64,000 nt of DNA from an uncultured Methylomirabilota bacterium (GTDB lineage Bacteria > Methylomirabilota > Methylomirabilia > Methylomirabilales > 2-02-FULL-66-22): positions 1,984,001-2,048,000 of the forward strand of contig OY970067.1 in assembly GCA_963705305.1 (NCBI GenBank). The letters run 5' to 3'. The notes beneath the pieces were generated by a model. That model saw only the letters and a program-made list of their open reading frames with translations. It searched no databases and was not told the DNA's origin. Shown here one piece after another: positions 49,772 to 60,210 of the stretch. Both the position numbers and the translations under genes were made by a program. Positions within the stretch are counted from its first letter, which is position 1, and every line of letters starts with the position of its first letter.

Positions 49772-50062
49772 ATGCTGGCCATACAGGAGAGAGAGGACAC
49801 CCGAGAGGAGCTCGATCAGGTCGCCGGTCTGAGCGACAAAGACTTGGAGAACCTGGTTGCGGCTATGGGGAAGCGACTCCAGGGGGAATACATTGCCGGC
49901 GCGATCCCGTATCTGCGGGAACACCAGCCTGATCTCTGGGCCGAGCTGGAGCGGCTGGATCAAGAGAACTCTCTCTCGTCCCTCTTGGATTACGAGCGGC
50001 TTTTCTTCGAAGGGCTGCGACGATACGTGTCGCATCTCGCGGGCGAGCGTCAGGCTGCCTGA
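49772..50062 (+). CDS. Hypothetical 96-aa acidic helical protein
   Basis: GGAGG RBS; strong promoter upstream; no recognisable family. Confidence 0.7.
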   Translation: MLAIQEREDTREELDQVAGLSDKDLENLVAAMGKRLQGEYIAGAIPYLREHQPDLWAELERLDQENSLSSLLDYERLFFEGLRRYVSHLAGERQAA

Positions 50063-50501
50063 GCGGACAAGGGCTCGGACAGGGGCCTCAACGCCTGTGC
50101 ACGCCCACCGCGTCTCCTCCTTTGTGGTACCGTGTGTTCGCCCGCGCGATCAAGCCTCTCCTTCTCGCCACAATGTCCCCGAGCATGGTGTGAACGAGCT
50201 AACAGATCAGCCATGCCTCTGCTGTGAATTCCCGAAGGCGAAGCAACCGGGGATGAAAACTCCTCGACAGGGCGGGCCCTGGAAGTGTAAATTGCGTTTC
50301 AACGTCGGCGCAGGGATCCGGTCCGCAGCTGTCCCCGGTCTGGTTGGGACGTCTTCTCCGGTGCCTGGGGAACCGATCTCAGCCTGCCGGAGCGATCCTG
50401 CAGCGGTCTCCCGCTCCGGAAGAGTCTTTCCCTCCGGATCTGGCAGCTCCCCTGCAAAGCCCGGCCGTCAGATAAAGAAAGCGTGAGGCCATCTCCCACC
50501 C

Positions 50502-51866
50502 ATGAGCGTAGAGTTTTCCGCCTTTGATCTCGCCGAGCCCGTCGTGCGCGGCATTCAGGCCGCGGGGTTCAGCACCTGCACGCCTATCCAGGAAGAGGCG
50601 CTCCCCATTACGCTCCGCGGCCGAGATGTGGCGGGCCAGGCGCAAACCGGAACGGGAAAGACGGCGGCTTTCCTCATCGCCATTTACAACCGCCTTCTGC
50701 GAGAGCCGGACCGGCGGACTCCTGGCGTCTCCGCGCCGCGCGCCCTGGTGGTCGCCCCCACGCGGGAGCTGGCGGTCCAGATTCACAGCGACGCCCACCT
50801 GCTGGGTCAGTTCACCGGCCTGGATATCCAGGTGGTCTACGGGGGGGTGGACTACATCAAGCAGAGGCAGACCCTCCACGCGGGAGTGGATCTGCTCATT
50901 GGGACTCCCGGGCGCCTCATCGATTATTTCAAGCAGGGGGTGTATGAGCTGAACGCGGTGGAGGTCCTGGTCATTGACGAGGCCGACCGGATGTTCGATA
51001 TGGGGTTCATCAAGGACATCCACTATCTTGTCCGCCACCTCCCCTCTCCCCAGGACCGGCAGTCCTGCCTCTTTTCCGCCACCCTGAGCACCCAGGTGCT
51101 GGAGCTTGCCTACGAGTGCATGAACAACCCGACCATGGTGGCCATCGCGCCGGAGCAGGTGACCGCGGAAGGAGTGGAGGAGGTCCTGTACCATGTGGCG
51201 AAGGACGAAAAGTTCTCACTCCTGCTCGGCCTGCTGGCGCGCGAGAAGGGGAAGCGCATCCTGTTCTTTACCAACATGAAGCACGAGGCCGAGCGTCTGG
51301 CCACACGGCTGGTTCAGCAGGGCTATCACGCGCAGGCCATCACGGGCAACGTGGACCAGCGGAAACGGCTGAAGATCATGCAGGCCTTCAAGGAGGGGGG
51401 CCTCCATATCTTGGTGGCGACCGACGTGGCCTCGCGAGGACTGCACATCGAAGGGGTCACCCACGTCATCAACTACGACCTGCCGCAGGATGCGGAGGAT
51501 TACGTCCACCGCATCGGCCGGACCGCGCGGGCCGGGGCCTCGGGGAAGGCGATCAGCCTGGCGGACGAAGCCCACGTCCTGTCACTGGAGGCCATCGAGG
51601 AGTTCATCGGTCACAAGATTCCCGTCGAATGGCCGGAAGACGATCTGTTCCTCCACGAGGGGCCCGCCCGAGCCCACGGCGCCCCCCGCACCGAGGCGGC
51701 AGGCCGGCCGTCGCGCCGCCGCACCCCCATGCGAGGCGCCCCCCCGCGCCCGGCGCCGGCGACCCCCCCGGGGGGGGAGGCGGCTGCGCCGGCCAAGAAA
51801 CGCCGCCGCCGCCACCGAAAGTCCGCGGCCAGCGCCCCCGCGCCTGGCGGCGGGGAACCGTCGTGA
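50502..51866 (+). CDS. rhlB: DEAD-box RNA helicase, RhlB-like
   Basis: AQTGTGKT, PTRELA, DEAD, FSAT and HRIGRTAR motifs; Arg-rich tail. Confidence 0.85.
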   Translation: MSVEFSAFDLAEPVVRGIQAAGFSTCTPIQEEALPITLRGRDVAGQAQTGTGKTAAFLIAIYNRLLREPDRRTPGVSAPRALVVAPTRELAVQIHSDAHLLGQFTGLDIQVVYGGVDYIKQRQTLHAGVDLLIGTPGRLIDYFKQGVYELNAVEVLVIDEADRMFDMGFIKDIHYLVRHLPSPQDRQSCLFSATLSTQVLELAYECMNNPTMVAIAPEQVTAEGVEEVLYHVAKDEKFSLLLGLLAREKGKRILFFTNMKHEAERLATRLVQQGYHAQAITGNVDQRKRLKIMQAFKEGGLHILVATDVASRGLHIEGVTHVINYDLPQDAEDYVHRIGRTARAGASGKAISLADEAHVLSLEAIEEFIGHKIPVEWPEDDLFLHEGPARAHGAPRTEAAGRPSRRRTPMRGAPPRPAPATPPGGEAAAPAKKRRRRHRKSAASAPAPGGGEPS

Positions 51867-51903
51867 CCAAAAGAGACGAGGCAGCCCTTCGGAGGAGAGC
51901 TCC

Positions 51904-52221
51904 ATGACGACCAAAGAGGAACACTTCGGGAATGGCCTGGGCCTGTACGGCCAGAACAAATACACGGAGGCCATTGCCGAGTTGCAGAAGGCGGTCGAGA
52001 TCGATCCCGGTTATGCCGACGCCCATCTGGCCATCGGCCACGCGCTGCACCGGCTCAAGCGACTGCCCGAGGCGGCCGAGGCCATCAAGAAAGCGATCGC
52101 CGCCAACGATCGGGAGCCGCTGTACCACACCAGCCTGTCCACGGTGTACCGGGACATGGGTATGATCCCCGAGGCCGAAGAGGAGATGGCCACCTCCTTC
52201 CAGCTCCAGCGCGGGTTCTAG
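51904..52221 (+). CDS. Small TPR-repeat protein
   Basis: A...L.KA.E.DP.Y.DAH..IG TPR pattern; GGAGG RBS. Confidence 0.85.
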   Translation: MTTKEEHFGNGLGLYGQNKYTEAIAELQKAVEIDPGYADAHLAIGHALHRLKRLPEAAEAIKKAIAANDREPLYHTSLSTVYRDMGMIPEAEEEMATSFQLQRGF

Positions 52222-52292
52222 CCTCGTGTGTCTCAAAGGTCTTGACGTGTCATCACCCCCGGCCGCGGATTTCACCGCCTTGACAGAGGTAC

Positions 52293-52344
52293 GACTGGAT
52301 TCCAGCTGGAGTTTACCCCGGCGAAAGCCGGGGCCGGAATGACG
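52293..52344. repeat. REP-like palindromic element
   Basis: ctggattccag...ccccggcgaaagccgggg...ccggaatgac with an internal GNRA hairpin, in an intergenic region. Confidence 0.55.
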
Positions 52345-52451
52345 GCCGGGGTCCAGACGGCGTGTTGTGATCCCGGCTCCGCCCGGCTTGTTCCCTGCGG
52401 ATTAACACGGTACCATTCGAGCCGCCGTCGTAGAACGGGCATTGAGGAATC

Positions 52452-52832
52452 ATGCAATCGACTGCCTCCACCGATCCGGCCGAAGTGACGGTCCGCCGTG
52501 ACCAGCGGGAAGTGAGCATCCGCTGGCAGGACGATCATGAGAGCGCGTATCCGTTCGACTACCTCCGCCAGGTCTGTCCGTGCGCCCCCTGTGTCGAGCG
52601 TCGGCAGGCTGAATCGGCCAAGGTGGGCCTCAGCCTCACGGTCCTGAGCGGCCCGGTGGTGCGGCCCGGCGAAGTGCAGGTCGTCGCCGTGAAACCCGTC
52701 GGGCGGTACGCCATCAACTTCGCGTGGAGCGACGGACACGACACGGGGATTTACGCCTATGCCTACCTGCGGGATATCTGCCCCTGTTCGATCTGTCGCG
52801 GCGAACGCCAGTCACCCGGACCGGATCGATGA
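52452..52832 (+). CDS. DUF971 (GBBH-like N-terminal) protein
   Basis: W.D.H.S.Y...YLR..CPCA.C, VGRYA..F.WSDGH.TGIY motifs. Confidence 0.88.
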   Translation: MQSTASTDPAEVTVRRDQREVSIRWQDDHESAYPFDYLRQVCPCAPCVERRQAESAKVGLSLTVLSGPVVRPGEVQVVAVKPVGRYAINFAWSDGHDTGIYAYAYLRDICPCSICRGERQSPGPDR

Positions 52833-52960
52833 GGCTTCCCATCACCACCGAAGTTTCATCCTGGTGGGAGAAGATCGGGGAAGTCCTTCAGGGTCGATAG
52901 GGCCGGTGGAGGACCGTTGGCGGGGGTTGCACAGGGGGATAGACCGAGTCGGGAGGAGGC

Positions 52961-53407
52961 ATGGACCAGGCGGGAGGGGGAAAGGGTCCGGGGGAGCGGG
53001 CAAGGGCCCCCGGGGAGAGGACGGGTCGGCGCCGCCGGGGGCGGCGCGGTCCGAAGCCGCAGCCGCGGCCAGAACCGACCAGTCCGCGCTGGAGCCGGGA
53101 CGTCGTGCCCAAGTACTGCAAGAAGTGCGGAGGCCGGATGTACCCGGCGGACTGGATCTGGCAGAAGTACGGGCTCTGCCTGGGCTGGCGCTGCAGCAAA
53201 TGCAAGGAGAAGGTGCTGGCGCGCTCCCTTCCATTCAAGGGACTCCGCAAGCGAGCGATGGATCCGGACGAGGCGCGGACCGTCCGGGGGGATGCGGCCG
53301 GCGCCGATCGTCCGGATGAGGATCGCCGCCGGCATCGCGTTCCTCCGGTGCCGGGGCGAAGCGACCGCGTGCCTCCGGCGGAGGAGCCGGAGTCCGAGGG
53401 ATCATGA
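52961..53407 (+). CDS. Hypothetical protein with a zinc ribbon
   Basis: CKKCGG...CSKC; GGAGGAGG RBS; ATGA overlap with the next gene. Confidence 0.6.
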   Translation: MDQAGGGKGPGERARAPGERTGRRRRGRRGPKPQPRPEPTSPRWSRDVVPKYCKKCGGRMYPADWIWQKYGLCLGWRCSKCKEKVLARSLPFKGLRKRAMDPDEARTVRGDAAGADRPDEDRRRHRVPPVPGRSDRVPPAEEPESEGS

Positions 53408-54422
53408 AAGCGATCCTGGCCCAACCGTCCGGGGGATTCGCCCTGTGCGAGGCGCCGCAGCCGGCCCTCACGGGGGGGAGATCCTCCTGGAGATGCGAGC
53501 GTGCGGTCTGTGCGGGACCGATCTGGCCAAGCTCGCCCAGCCCCACCCGTCTCCCGGCGTCGGTCTGGGGCATGAAGTGGCCGGAATCGTGCGCGCGATC
53601 GGCTCCGACGTGACCCGGTTCCGGGTGGGCGATCGGGTGACCGCCGCTCATCACGTTCCTTGCGATGCCTGCTGGGCCTGCCGGCACGGGAACGAGTCCA
53701 TGTGCCGGCAGTTCAAAACGACCAACATCGATCCCTGCGGCTTTGCCGAGTACATCCGCGTTCCCCGGCTGCACGTGGACCGGGTGACCTTTGCCCTGCC
53801 GGAGGAGATGTCCTTCGAGACGGCGTCCTTCACAGAGCCCCTGGGGTGCGCCGTGCGCGCCATCGAGCGGTCCCAGGTCCTGGCGGGAGACCGAATCGGC
53901 GTGATCGGCGCCGGGAGCATGGGCCTGTTGGTCGCCCAGGCGCTGGCGGCGCGGGGGGTGGAGCCCTTCGTCGTGGACATCTCCGAGTCGCGCCTGGCGC
54001 TGGCCCGGGCCCTTCGGGTGAAGGCCACCATCAACCCGGCCCGGGAGGAGCTTTGCGATGCGGTGGCGGACCTGACGGGCGGGGTCGGGCTGGACGGGGC
54101 CATTTTGACCGTGGTCAACGGCCCGCTCTTGGCCCAGATCCAGCAGGCCCTGCGCCCGGGCGGCCGCCTCAACGTCTTTGCCGGCCCTTCGGACGGTCCG
54201 CGCCTCCCCGTGGACGTGGCCGATCTTTTTTACCGGGAGCTGGCGATCTTCTCGACCTACTCTTCCACGCCCGCCGCGCTGGCCGAGGCCTTTGATCTCC
54301 TCAAGAACAACCGGGTCTGGGCCGCGCCGCTGATCAGCCATCGCCTGCCCCTGGCCGCGTTTCGCGAGGGGGTCGAGATGCAGCGGGACGGCCGGGCCAC
54401 CAAGGTGATCTTCCACCCATGA
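53404..54422 (+). pseudogene. Zn-dependent alcohol/polyol dehydrogenase (MDR), frameshifted in a G7 run
   Basis: MKAILAQ... in one frame and CGLCGTD, GHE, CxxCxxC in another; the shift lies at the G run 53472-53478. Confidence 0.85.
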
Positions 54423-54472
54423 GAGCCCCGACGGACTGTCCGGTTCCGCTTGCCCCGCCGGCACATCGCCGG

Positions 54473-55525
54473 ATGCGCGCCGCCGTCCTCTACGGTCCCG
54501 AGGACATCCGCATGGAGGAGGTGCCCATCCCCGTCCCCGGTGCGGGCGAGGTGCTGGCCCGGGTGGATGTCGCCTCAGTGGATTTCACCGATCGGAAAGT
54601 CTACCTCCGCGGCCATCATCCCATGATCCGCATCCCCGGGCTCTTCGGCCACGAGTGGGCCGGCACGCTGGTCGAGGTGGGACCCGGCGCGGAAGGGCGC
54701 TGGCGGCCGGGACAGCGCGTCGCGGCGGCAAACTCGGTCCCCTGCCTGCCCGAGGACGGACCGGTCTGCCGGCAGTGCGGGCGCGGGCGGCCCAGCATGT
54801 GCGAGCGGATCCTCTACGTGAATGGCGCCTTCGCCCCCTACATCCTGGTCCCGTCGCGCCTGGCGCGGGCGAACCTCCACGCGGTGCCGGCCGGCGTGCC
54901 ACTGGACCGCGTGGTGTTCACCGAGCCGTACGCCTGCGTCCTCCATGCCGCGCGCCGGATCCCGGTGGCGCCGGGAGACGTTGTGGTGGTGCTGGGGGCC
55001 GGCCCCATGGGCCTCTTCATGCTGAATGCCCTGCGGCGACGCCACGGTCCCGATCTGCTCCTCGTGGCGCTGGATCGGCTGGATCAGCGGCTCCGTGTGG
55101 CGGAGGTCGTGGGGGCGACGCACGCCTTGAACACGGCCGCCACGTCCTCCCGGGACGCCTTGCAGGCGGCCATCGGCCGCCCGGACGCGGATGTGGTCAT
55201 CGAGGTGATCGGGGCCCTGGAGACCCACCGGGAGGCGCTGAGCCTGGTGGGGCGGGGCGGAACCCTGGTGTCCTTCGGCGGGGTGGCTCCCGGCCAGACC
55301 CTGCCCATGGACATCGGGCACCTCCACTACAACGAGATCGCCATCCTGCCCATCTACCACCACACCCCACCCGACGTGGCCGAGGCCGTCCGGCAGCTCA
55401 CGGCGGGCGAGGTGCCCGTGGAGCGCCTGATCACCGCGCGCCTGCCGCTGTCGGCGCTTCGCCAGGCGCTGACCCTGGTGGCGGAACGCTCCCAGCTTCG
55501 CAGCATCCTCATCCCCGACCGCTGA
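54473..55525 (+). CDS. Zn-binding alcohol dehydrogenase-like protein (MDR)
   Basis: GHE, structural Cys cluster and GAGPMG; start may be 54419. Confidence 0.88.
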   Translation: MRAAVLYGPEDIRMEEVPIPVPGAGEVLARVDVASVDFTDRKVYLRGHHPMIRIPGLFGHEWAGTLVEVGPGAEGRWRPGQRVAAANSVPCLPEDGPVCRQCGRGRPSMCERILYVNGAFAPYILVPSRLARANLHAVPAGVPLDRVVFTEPYACVLHAARRIPVAPGDVVVVLGAGPMGLFMLNALRRRHGPDLLLVALDRLDQRLRVAEVVGATHALNTAATSSRDALQAAIGRPDADVVIEVIGALETHREALSLVGRGGTLVSFGGVAPGQTLPMDIGHLHYNEIAILPIYHHTPPDVAEAVRQLTAGEVPVERLITARLPLSALRQALTLVAERSQLRSILIPDR

Positions 55526-55596
55526 CCGTCGCTCAGGTCGAATCTTTACCCTGCCCGCCGGGCCGGCTCTGGCGCCCGCCTCCGCCGGATTTTCCC

Positions 55597-55654
55597 TTGA
55601 CAGCCGCCGGGCCTCTCGGATAGGGTGGGCGCCGTCTTGAAACCGGTTTCAAGA
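55597..55654 (+). promoter_or_regulatory. Promoter plus perfect LacI-type operator
   Basis: TTGACA-18-TAGGGT; 20-bp perfect palindrome TCTTGAAACCGGTTTCAAGA at 55635-55654. Confidence 0.8.
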
Positions 55655-55677
55655 ATGCCACCCCATGGGGGCGCCTG

Positions 55678-56745
55678 GTGGCCGGACGCCGCACCGACAA
55701 GAGACACACCCCCACCATCGGCGACGTGGCCCGTCGGGCCCGTGTCTCGCGCGCGACCGTCTCGCGCGTCCTCAATGACTACCCCCATGTCAGGCCGCGC
55801 GTCCGGGCGGCGGTCCTGCGGGCGGTGGGGGCGCTGGCGTACCGCCCGGATCAGGTGGCCCGCAGTCTGGCCCGGCGGGAAACCCGGACCCTGGGGCTGG
55901 TGGTGGCGGACATCGCCAACCCGTTCTATGGGGAGACCGCCCGGGCGATCGTGGAGGCGGCGCGCGAGCAGGCGTACAACGTGATCCTGTGCATCACCGA
56001 GAACCGGCCCGCCCTCCAGTCGGCGTACGTGGAGGTCCTGCGGCAGCGGCGTGTGGACGGGATCATCTTCGGGTCGGTCTTCCTGAATGACCCGGTCGTG
56101 GACGGGCTCATCGACACGGGATTCCCCTGCATCATGTACAACCGGCGGCTCCGGTCCGGACGCGGCAACTACATCGTCCTCGATAACGTGCGGGCCAGCT
56201 ACGACCTGACCAGGCATATCCTGGGGCTGGGCCACCGGCGGATCGGGTATATGCGGGGGCTGTCCCAGGTGTCCACCACGCTGGAGCGGCTCCGGGGGTA
56301 CCGGAGGGCCTTGCGGGATGCGGGGATCTCCGCGGAGGCGAGCCTGATCCGCCCGGGGGCCTTCCAGATGGAGGCGACGGCGAGGGCGGCGCTAGATCTC
56401 CTGAAAGATCCCGCGCGTCCGACCGCGATCCTCGCGGCCAACGACGTCATGGCCCTCGGGGTGATTCACGCGGCCCGGGAGCTGGGGCTGCGGGTTCCGG
56501 AAGATCTGGCGGTGGCGGGGATCGACGACATCGAGATGGCGGGCCACCATGCCGTCCAGCTGACCACGGTGGCCCAGCAGAAGACGGAGATGGGGCGGCG
56601 GGCGGCTGAGGGCGTCCTGGCAATCATCCGGGACCCGCAGCGGTTCATCCGCGAGCCCATCCAGCAGGTCCTGCGTCCCGCCCTGGTGATCCGCCGCACC
56701 TGCGGAGCGCTGATGGCCCGGGAGGCCGCGGCGGGGATCGGCTGA
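55678..56745 (+). CDS. LacI-family transcriptional regulator
   Basis: TIGDVARRARVSRATVSRVLN HTH plus sugar-binding domain (NPFY, GHRRIG, VPEDLAVAGIDD). Confidence 0.95.
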   Translation: MAGRRTDKRHTPTIGDVARRARVSRATVSRVLNDYPHVRPRVRAAVLRAVGALAYRPDQVARSLARRETRTLGLVVADIANPFYGETARAIVEAAREQAYNVILCITENRPALQSAYVEVLRQRRVDGIIFGSVFLNDPVVDGLIDTGFPCIMYNRRLRSGRGNYIVLDNVRASYDLTRHILGLGHRRIGYMRGLSQVSTTLERLRGYRRALRDAGISAEASLIRPGAFQMEATARAALDLLKDPARPTAILAANDVMALGVIHAARELGLRVPEDLAVAGIDDIEMAGHHAVQLTTVAQQKTEMGRRAAEGVLAIIRDPQRFIREPIQQVLRPALVIRRTCGALMAREAAAGIG

Positions 56746-56775
56746 TCCCGATCGGCGGGCCCAGAGAGGGCGACC

Positions 56776-58512
56776 ATGCGACGGATACAGACTGAGGTGC
56801 TGGTGATCGGCGGCGGGGGAATGGCCGGCCGGGCCGCCATCGAGGCCGGCCGGCAGGGGGCCCGCGTGACCCTGGTGATGAAGGGCGAGTTCGGCAGGAG
56901 CGGCACCAGCGCCGCCAAAGTCGCCGAGGCGGCCGGATACAACGTCGCCGACGGCGTGGTGGATCCCGCCGACAGTCCGGCGGAGCACCTCCGGGACATC
57001 CTGGCCGCCGCCGCCGGCACGTGCGACGAGCGGTTGGCCCGCATCGTGGCCGAGGAGGCGCCCGCCAGCCTGCGCGAGCTGGAGCGGCTGGGCATCCCCT
57101 TCCATATGGACGGGGACCGCTATCTGGAGGTGGTGGGGTGCTTCGCCAGCCGGCCCCGCATGCACATCATCCCGGGCCATGCCGAGCCCATCGTGGCGGC
57201 CCAGAAGCGGGAGCTCCAAGACGGGGGGGTTCCCATCAACGAGCAGATCATGATCACGTCCCTCGTGGTGGAGGGGGGATCCTGCGTCGGGGCCGTGGGG
57301 CTGGACGCGCAGGGTGCGTTGATCGTCTTCGAGGCGGCGGCGACGATCCTGGGCACGGGGGGCGCCGGCAAGCTCTTCCTCCACAACCTCAATCCGGCGG
57401 ACATCACGGGGGACGGCTACGCGCTGGGCTACCGCGCCGGGGCCGAGCTGGTCAACATGGAGTTCATGCAAGCGGGACCCGGGATCGTCCACCCGGTCCA
57501 CAACACGTTGAACGCCTGGCTGCTGGCTCTGTATCCCCGCCTGACCAATGCGCGCGGCGAGGAGTACCTGGAGCGCTACCTCCCGCCCGACTGGTCGGCC
57601 CGGCAATGCCTGGACGCCCGCAGCCGCCACTATCCCTTCAGCGTCTACGACGGATCGCACTACTTCGATATCGCCATCCAGAAAGAGCTGGCGGCGGGTC
57701 GCGGGACGGCCCGGCACGGCGTGCATCTGGATTTGAGCCGGACGCGGCCGGAGGACATCCCGGATACGCCCCGCGGCCGGGAGGCCCGGCGCCTCTACTG
57801 CATCACCCGGGAGTGGATCCAGAAGAACCACGGATTGGACATCGCGGAGCAGCCCATCGAGATTGCCTGCTTCGGGCATGCCGTCAACGGCGGCCTGCGC
57901 ATCGAGCCCACCGCCGAGACCACGCTGCCCGGCCTGTTCGCCGGCGGTGAGACGGCCGGCGGCCCGCACGGGGCGGACCGGCTGGGCGGAAACATGAATC
58001 TCACCTGTCAGGTGTTCGGGAAGCGGGCCGGCCGCGCCGCAGCGCAGCGGGCGCGGGATCGGGCCGTCCCTTCGGTGTCCCGGGGATCGGTGGAGACCGA
58101 GGAGGCCCGCCTGGCAGGCGTGAAGGCCCGCCACGGCAGCCTGGGGCCGGGCCAGGTGAAACGCCGGATCCAGGAGTGCATGTCCAGGCACCTCCTGGTG
58201 GTCCGGAGCGACGCCAGCCTGCGCGCCTGTCTCGGCGAGATCGAGCGGCTGCGGGGCGAGGCGCAGGACATCAACGTGGACGGCCCGGGAACGCTGGCCG
58301 GCACCCTGGAGGTGGAGAGCCTCCTCACGGTGGCCGAGATCATGGCCCGCAGCGCCTTGTGGCGCACCGAGTCGCGGGGCAGCCACTACCGGGAGGACTA
58401 CCCGCAGCGGGACGATGCCCGCTGGGAGCAGAGCATCGTCACCCGGCTGGTCGGCGGGCGCATGGAGCAAACCGCCGTTCGCCTCCCCCGGCTGGGGGAA
58501 CACCCGCACTGA
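56776..58512 (+). CDS. Stand-alone SdhA/FrdA/NadB-family flavoprotein
   Basis: VIGGG.AG, TGDG, NMEF.Q, H..NGG, GLFAGGE, HGADRLGGN and ESRGSHYR.DYP motifs. Confidence 0.88.
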   Translation: MRRIQTEVLVIGGGGMAGRAAIEAGRQGARVTLVMKGEFGRSGTSAAKVAEAAGYNVADGVVDPADSPAEHLRDILAAAAGTCDERLARIVAEEAPASLRELERLGIPFHMDGDRYLEVVGCFASRPRMHIIPGHAEPIVAAQKRELQDGGVPINEQIMITSLVVEGGSCVGAVGLDAQGALIVFEAAATILGTGGAGKLFLHNLNPADITGDGYALGYRAGAELVNMEFMQAGPGIVHPVHNTLNAWLLALYPRLTNARGEEYLERYLPPDWSARQCLDARSRHYPFSVYDGSHYFDIAIQKELAAGRGTARHGVHLDLSRTRPEDIPDTPRGREARRLYCITREWIQKNHGLDIAEQPIEIACFGHAVNGGLRIEPTAETTLPGLFAGGETAGGPHGADRLGGNMNLTCQVFGKRAGRAAAQRARDRAVPSVSRGSVETEEARLAGVKARHGSLGPGQVKRRIQECMSRHLLVVRSDASLRACLGEIERLRGEAQDINVDGPGTLAGTLEVESLLTVAEIMARSALWRTESRGSHYREDYPQRDDARWEQSIVTRLVGGRMEQTAVRLPRLGEHPH

Positions 58513-58564
58513 GCCGACACGGTACGACGCGCGAGGCAATGTCCGTCAGGCGACGGAGATAGCC

Positions 58565-60160
58565 ATGGCAGCCAAGGACAAGCCAATCCTGACCGCCGAG
58601 GAGGCGGCCCGCCTGATCCCCGACGGGGCGACGGTCACTATCAGCAGCTCGGCGGCGCAGCTGGTCCCGGACGCGGTGCTGGCGGGCATCGAGGCCCGGT
58701 TCCTGGCGGCGGGCGAGCCGAAGCAGCTCACCGTGGTGTTCCCGCTGGCCGTGGGGGACTCCTTCGGCACGGTCGGGCTCGACCACCTGGCCCACCCGGG
58801 GCTGATCAAGCGGCTGGTCGGCGGCTCTTACGTGAACGGTCCGGCCGCCGCGCCTTCCCCGAAGATCACCGCCATGATCCACGCCGACCAGGTGGAGGCC
58901 TACAACTTCCCCCTGGGGCCCCTCCTGCACCTGCACCGCGATATCGCCGCGGGGAAGCCCGGCGTGATCACCAGAATCGGGTTGGGCACGTTCGTGGACC
59001 CGCGCGACCAGGGGGGCCGGATGAACCGGGTGACGCCGCCCGGCCTGGTGGAGGTGGTGCAGCTGCTGGACGAGGAGTGGCTGCTCTACCGGGCCTTTCC
59101 GATCCAGGCGGCCATCATCCGGGGGACCACGGCGGATGCCCACGGCAATCTCACGCTGGAGCACGAGGGGACCTTCATGGGGGTCCTGCCGCAGGCCATG
59201 GCTGCCCATAACTCCGGCGGAAGGGTGATCGCTCAGGTCAAGCGGGTGGTGGCGGCAGGCACCCTGCAGCCGCAGATGGTGAAGGTCCCCGGCATTTTGG
59301 TGGACGCCATCGTGGTGGACCCGGAGCAGCGCCAGAACACCGGCATCGCCTACGACCCGGCCATCAGCGGCGAGATCCGGACAGCCCGGCTCCCCATCCA
59401 GCCGGCGCCGTTCGGCCCCGAGAAGATGATCGCCCGCCGCGCCCTGTGCGGCCTCCGCCCAGGCGACATCGTGAATCTGGGATTCGGCATCTCCTCCCTG
59501 GTGCCCATCATCGCCTTCGAGGAGGGGGTGTACGAGCAGCTGAGCTTCACGGTCGAGCAGGGCTCGATCGGGGGGCTGCCTCTGACCGGTTTTGCCTTCG
59601 GGGCCTCCCACAATCCCGAGGCGATCATCGACCCGGCCGCGCAGTTCGACCTGATCGACGGCGGCGGGATCGACGTGGGCTGCCTGGCCTTTGCCGAGGT
59701 GGACGGATCCGGCAACGCCAACGTGAGCCGCCTGGCGGCCCAGCCGCACGTCCTGGCCGGGGCGGGGGGATTCATCGACCTTTCCCAGGGATTGCGGAGG
59801 CTGATCTACTGCGGCACGCTCACGGCGGGGGGGCTGGAGGTCCGGGCGGAGCACGGCGAGCTGCGGATCGTGAAGGACGGGCGCTTCCAGAAATTCGTGG
59901 CCCGGACCCAGCATGTGACGTTCAACGGGCGACGGGCCGTCGCGCAGGGACAGGAGGTCTGGTACCTCACCGAGCGGTGCGCCTTTCGGCTGGCCCCGGA
60001 GGGGCCTGTGCTGGTCGAGGTGGCGCCCGGCGTAGACCTGGATCGGGAGATCCGGGCCCGGATCGGCTTCCCGCTGCGGGTGGCCCCGGATGTCCGTTCG
60101 ATGGATTCCCGCATCTTCCGCGAAGAGCCGATGGGTCTGGCAGAGGAGTGGAGCCGGTAG
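58565..60160 (+). CDS. Acyl-CoA:acetate/3-ketoacid CoA-transferase (YdiF/Pct family)
   Basis: GLGTFVDPR, catalytic Glu in TVEQG, GAGGFID and TERCAF motifs. Confidence 0.92.
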   Translation: MAAKDKPILTAEEAARLIPDGATVTISSSAAQLVPDAVLAGIEARFLAAGEPKQLTVVFPLAVGDSFGTVGLDHLAHPGLIKRLVGGSYVNGPAAAPSPKITAMIHADQVEAYNFPLGPLLHLHRDIAAGKPGVITRIGLGTFVDPRDQGGRMNRVTPPGLVEVVQLLDEEWLLYRAFPIQAAIIRGTTADAHGNLTLEHEGTFMGVLPQAMAAHNSGGRVIAQVKRVVAAGTLQPQMVKVPGILVDAIVVDPEQRQNTGIAYDPAISGEIRTARLPIQPAPFGPEKMIARRALCGLRPGDIVNLGFGISSLVPIIAFEEGVYEQLSFTVEQGSIGGLPLTGFAFGASHNPEAIIDPAAQFDLIDGGGIDVGCLAFAEVDGSGNANVSRLAAQPHVLAGAGGFIDLSQGLRRLIYCGTLTAGGLEVRAEHGELRIVKDGRFQKFVARTQHVTFNGRRAVAQGQEVWYLTERCAFRLAPEGPVLVEVAPGVDLDREIRARIGFPLRVAPDVRSMDSRIFREEPMGLAEEWSR

Positions 60161-60210
60161 CCACGGCAGGCTCGGACCGCGCCGACCTGTTCGCGCCGGA
60201 AGGAGGTTCG

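Noticed and set aside
56776..58512. Assignment as sdhA, frdA or nadB
   Set aside because: Key His residues are missing and no partner subunits or nad genes are adjacent
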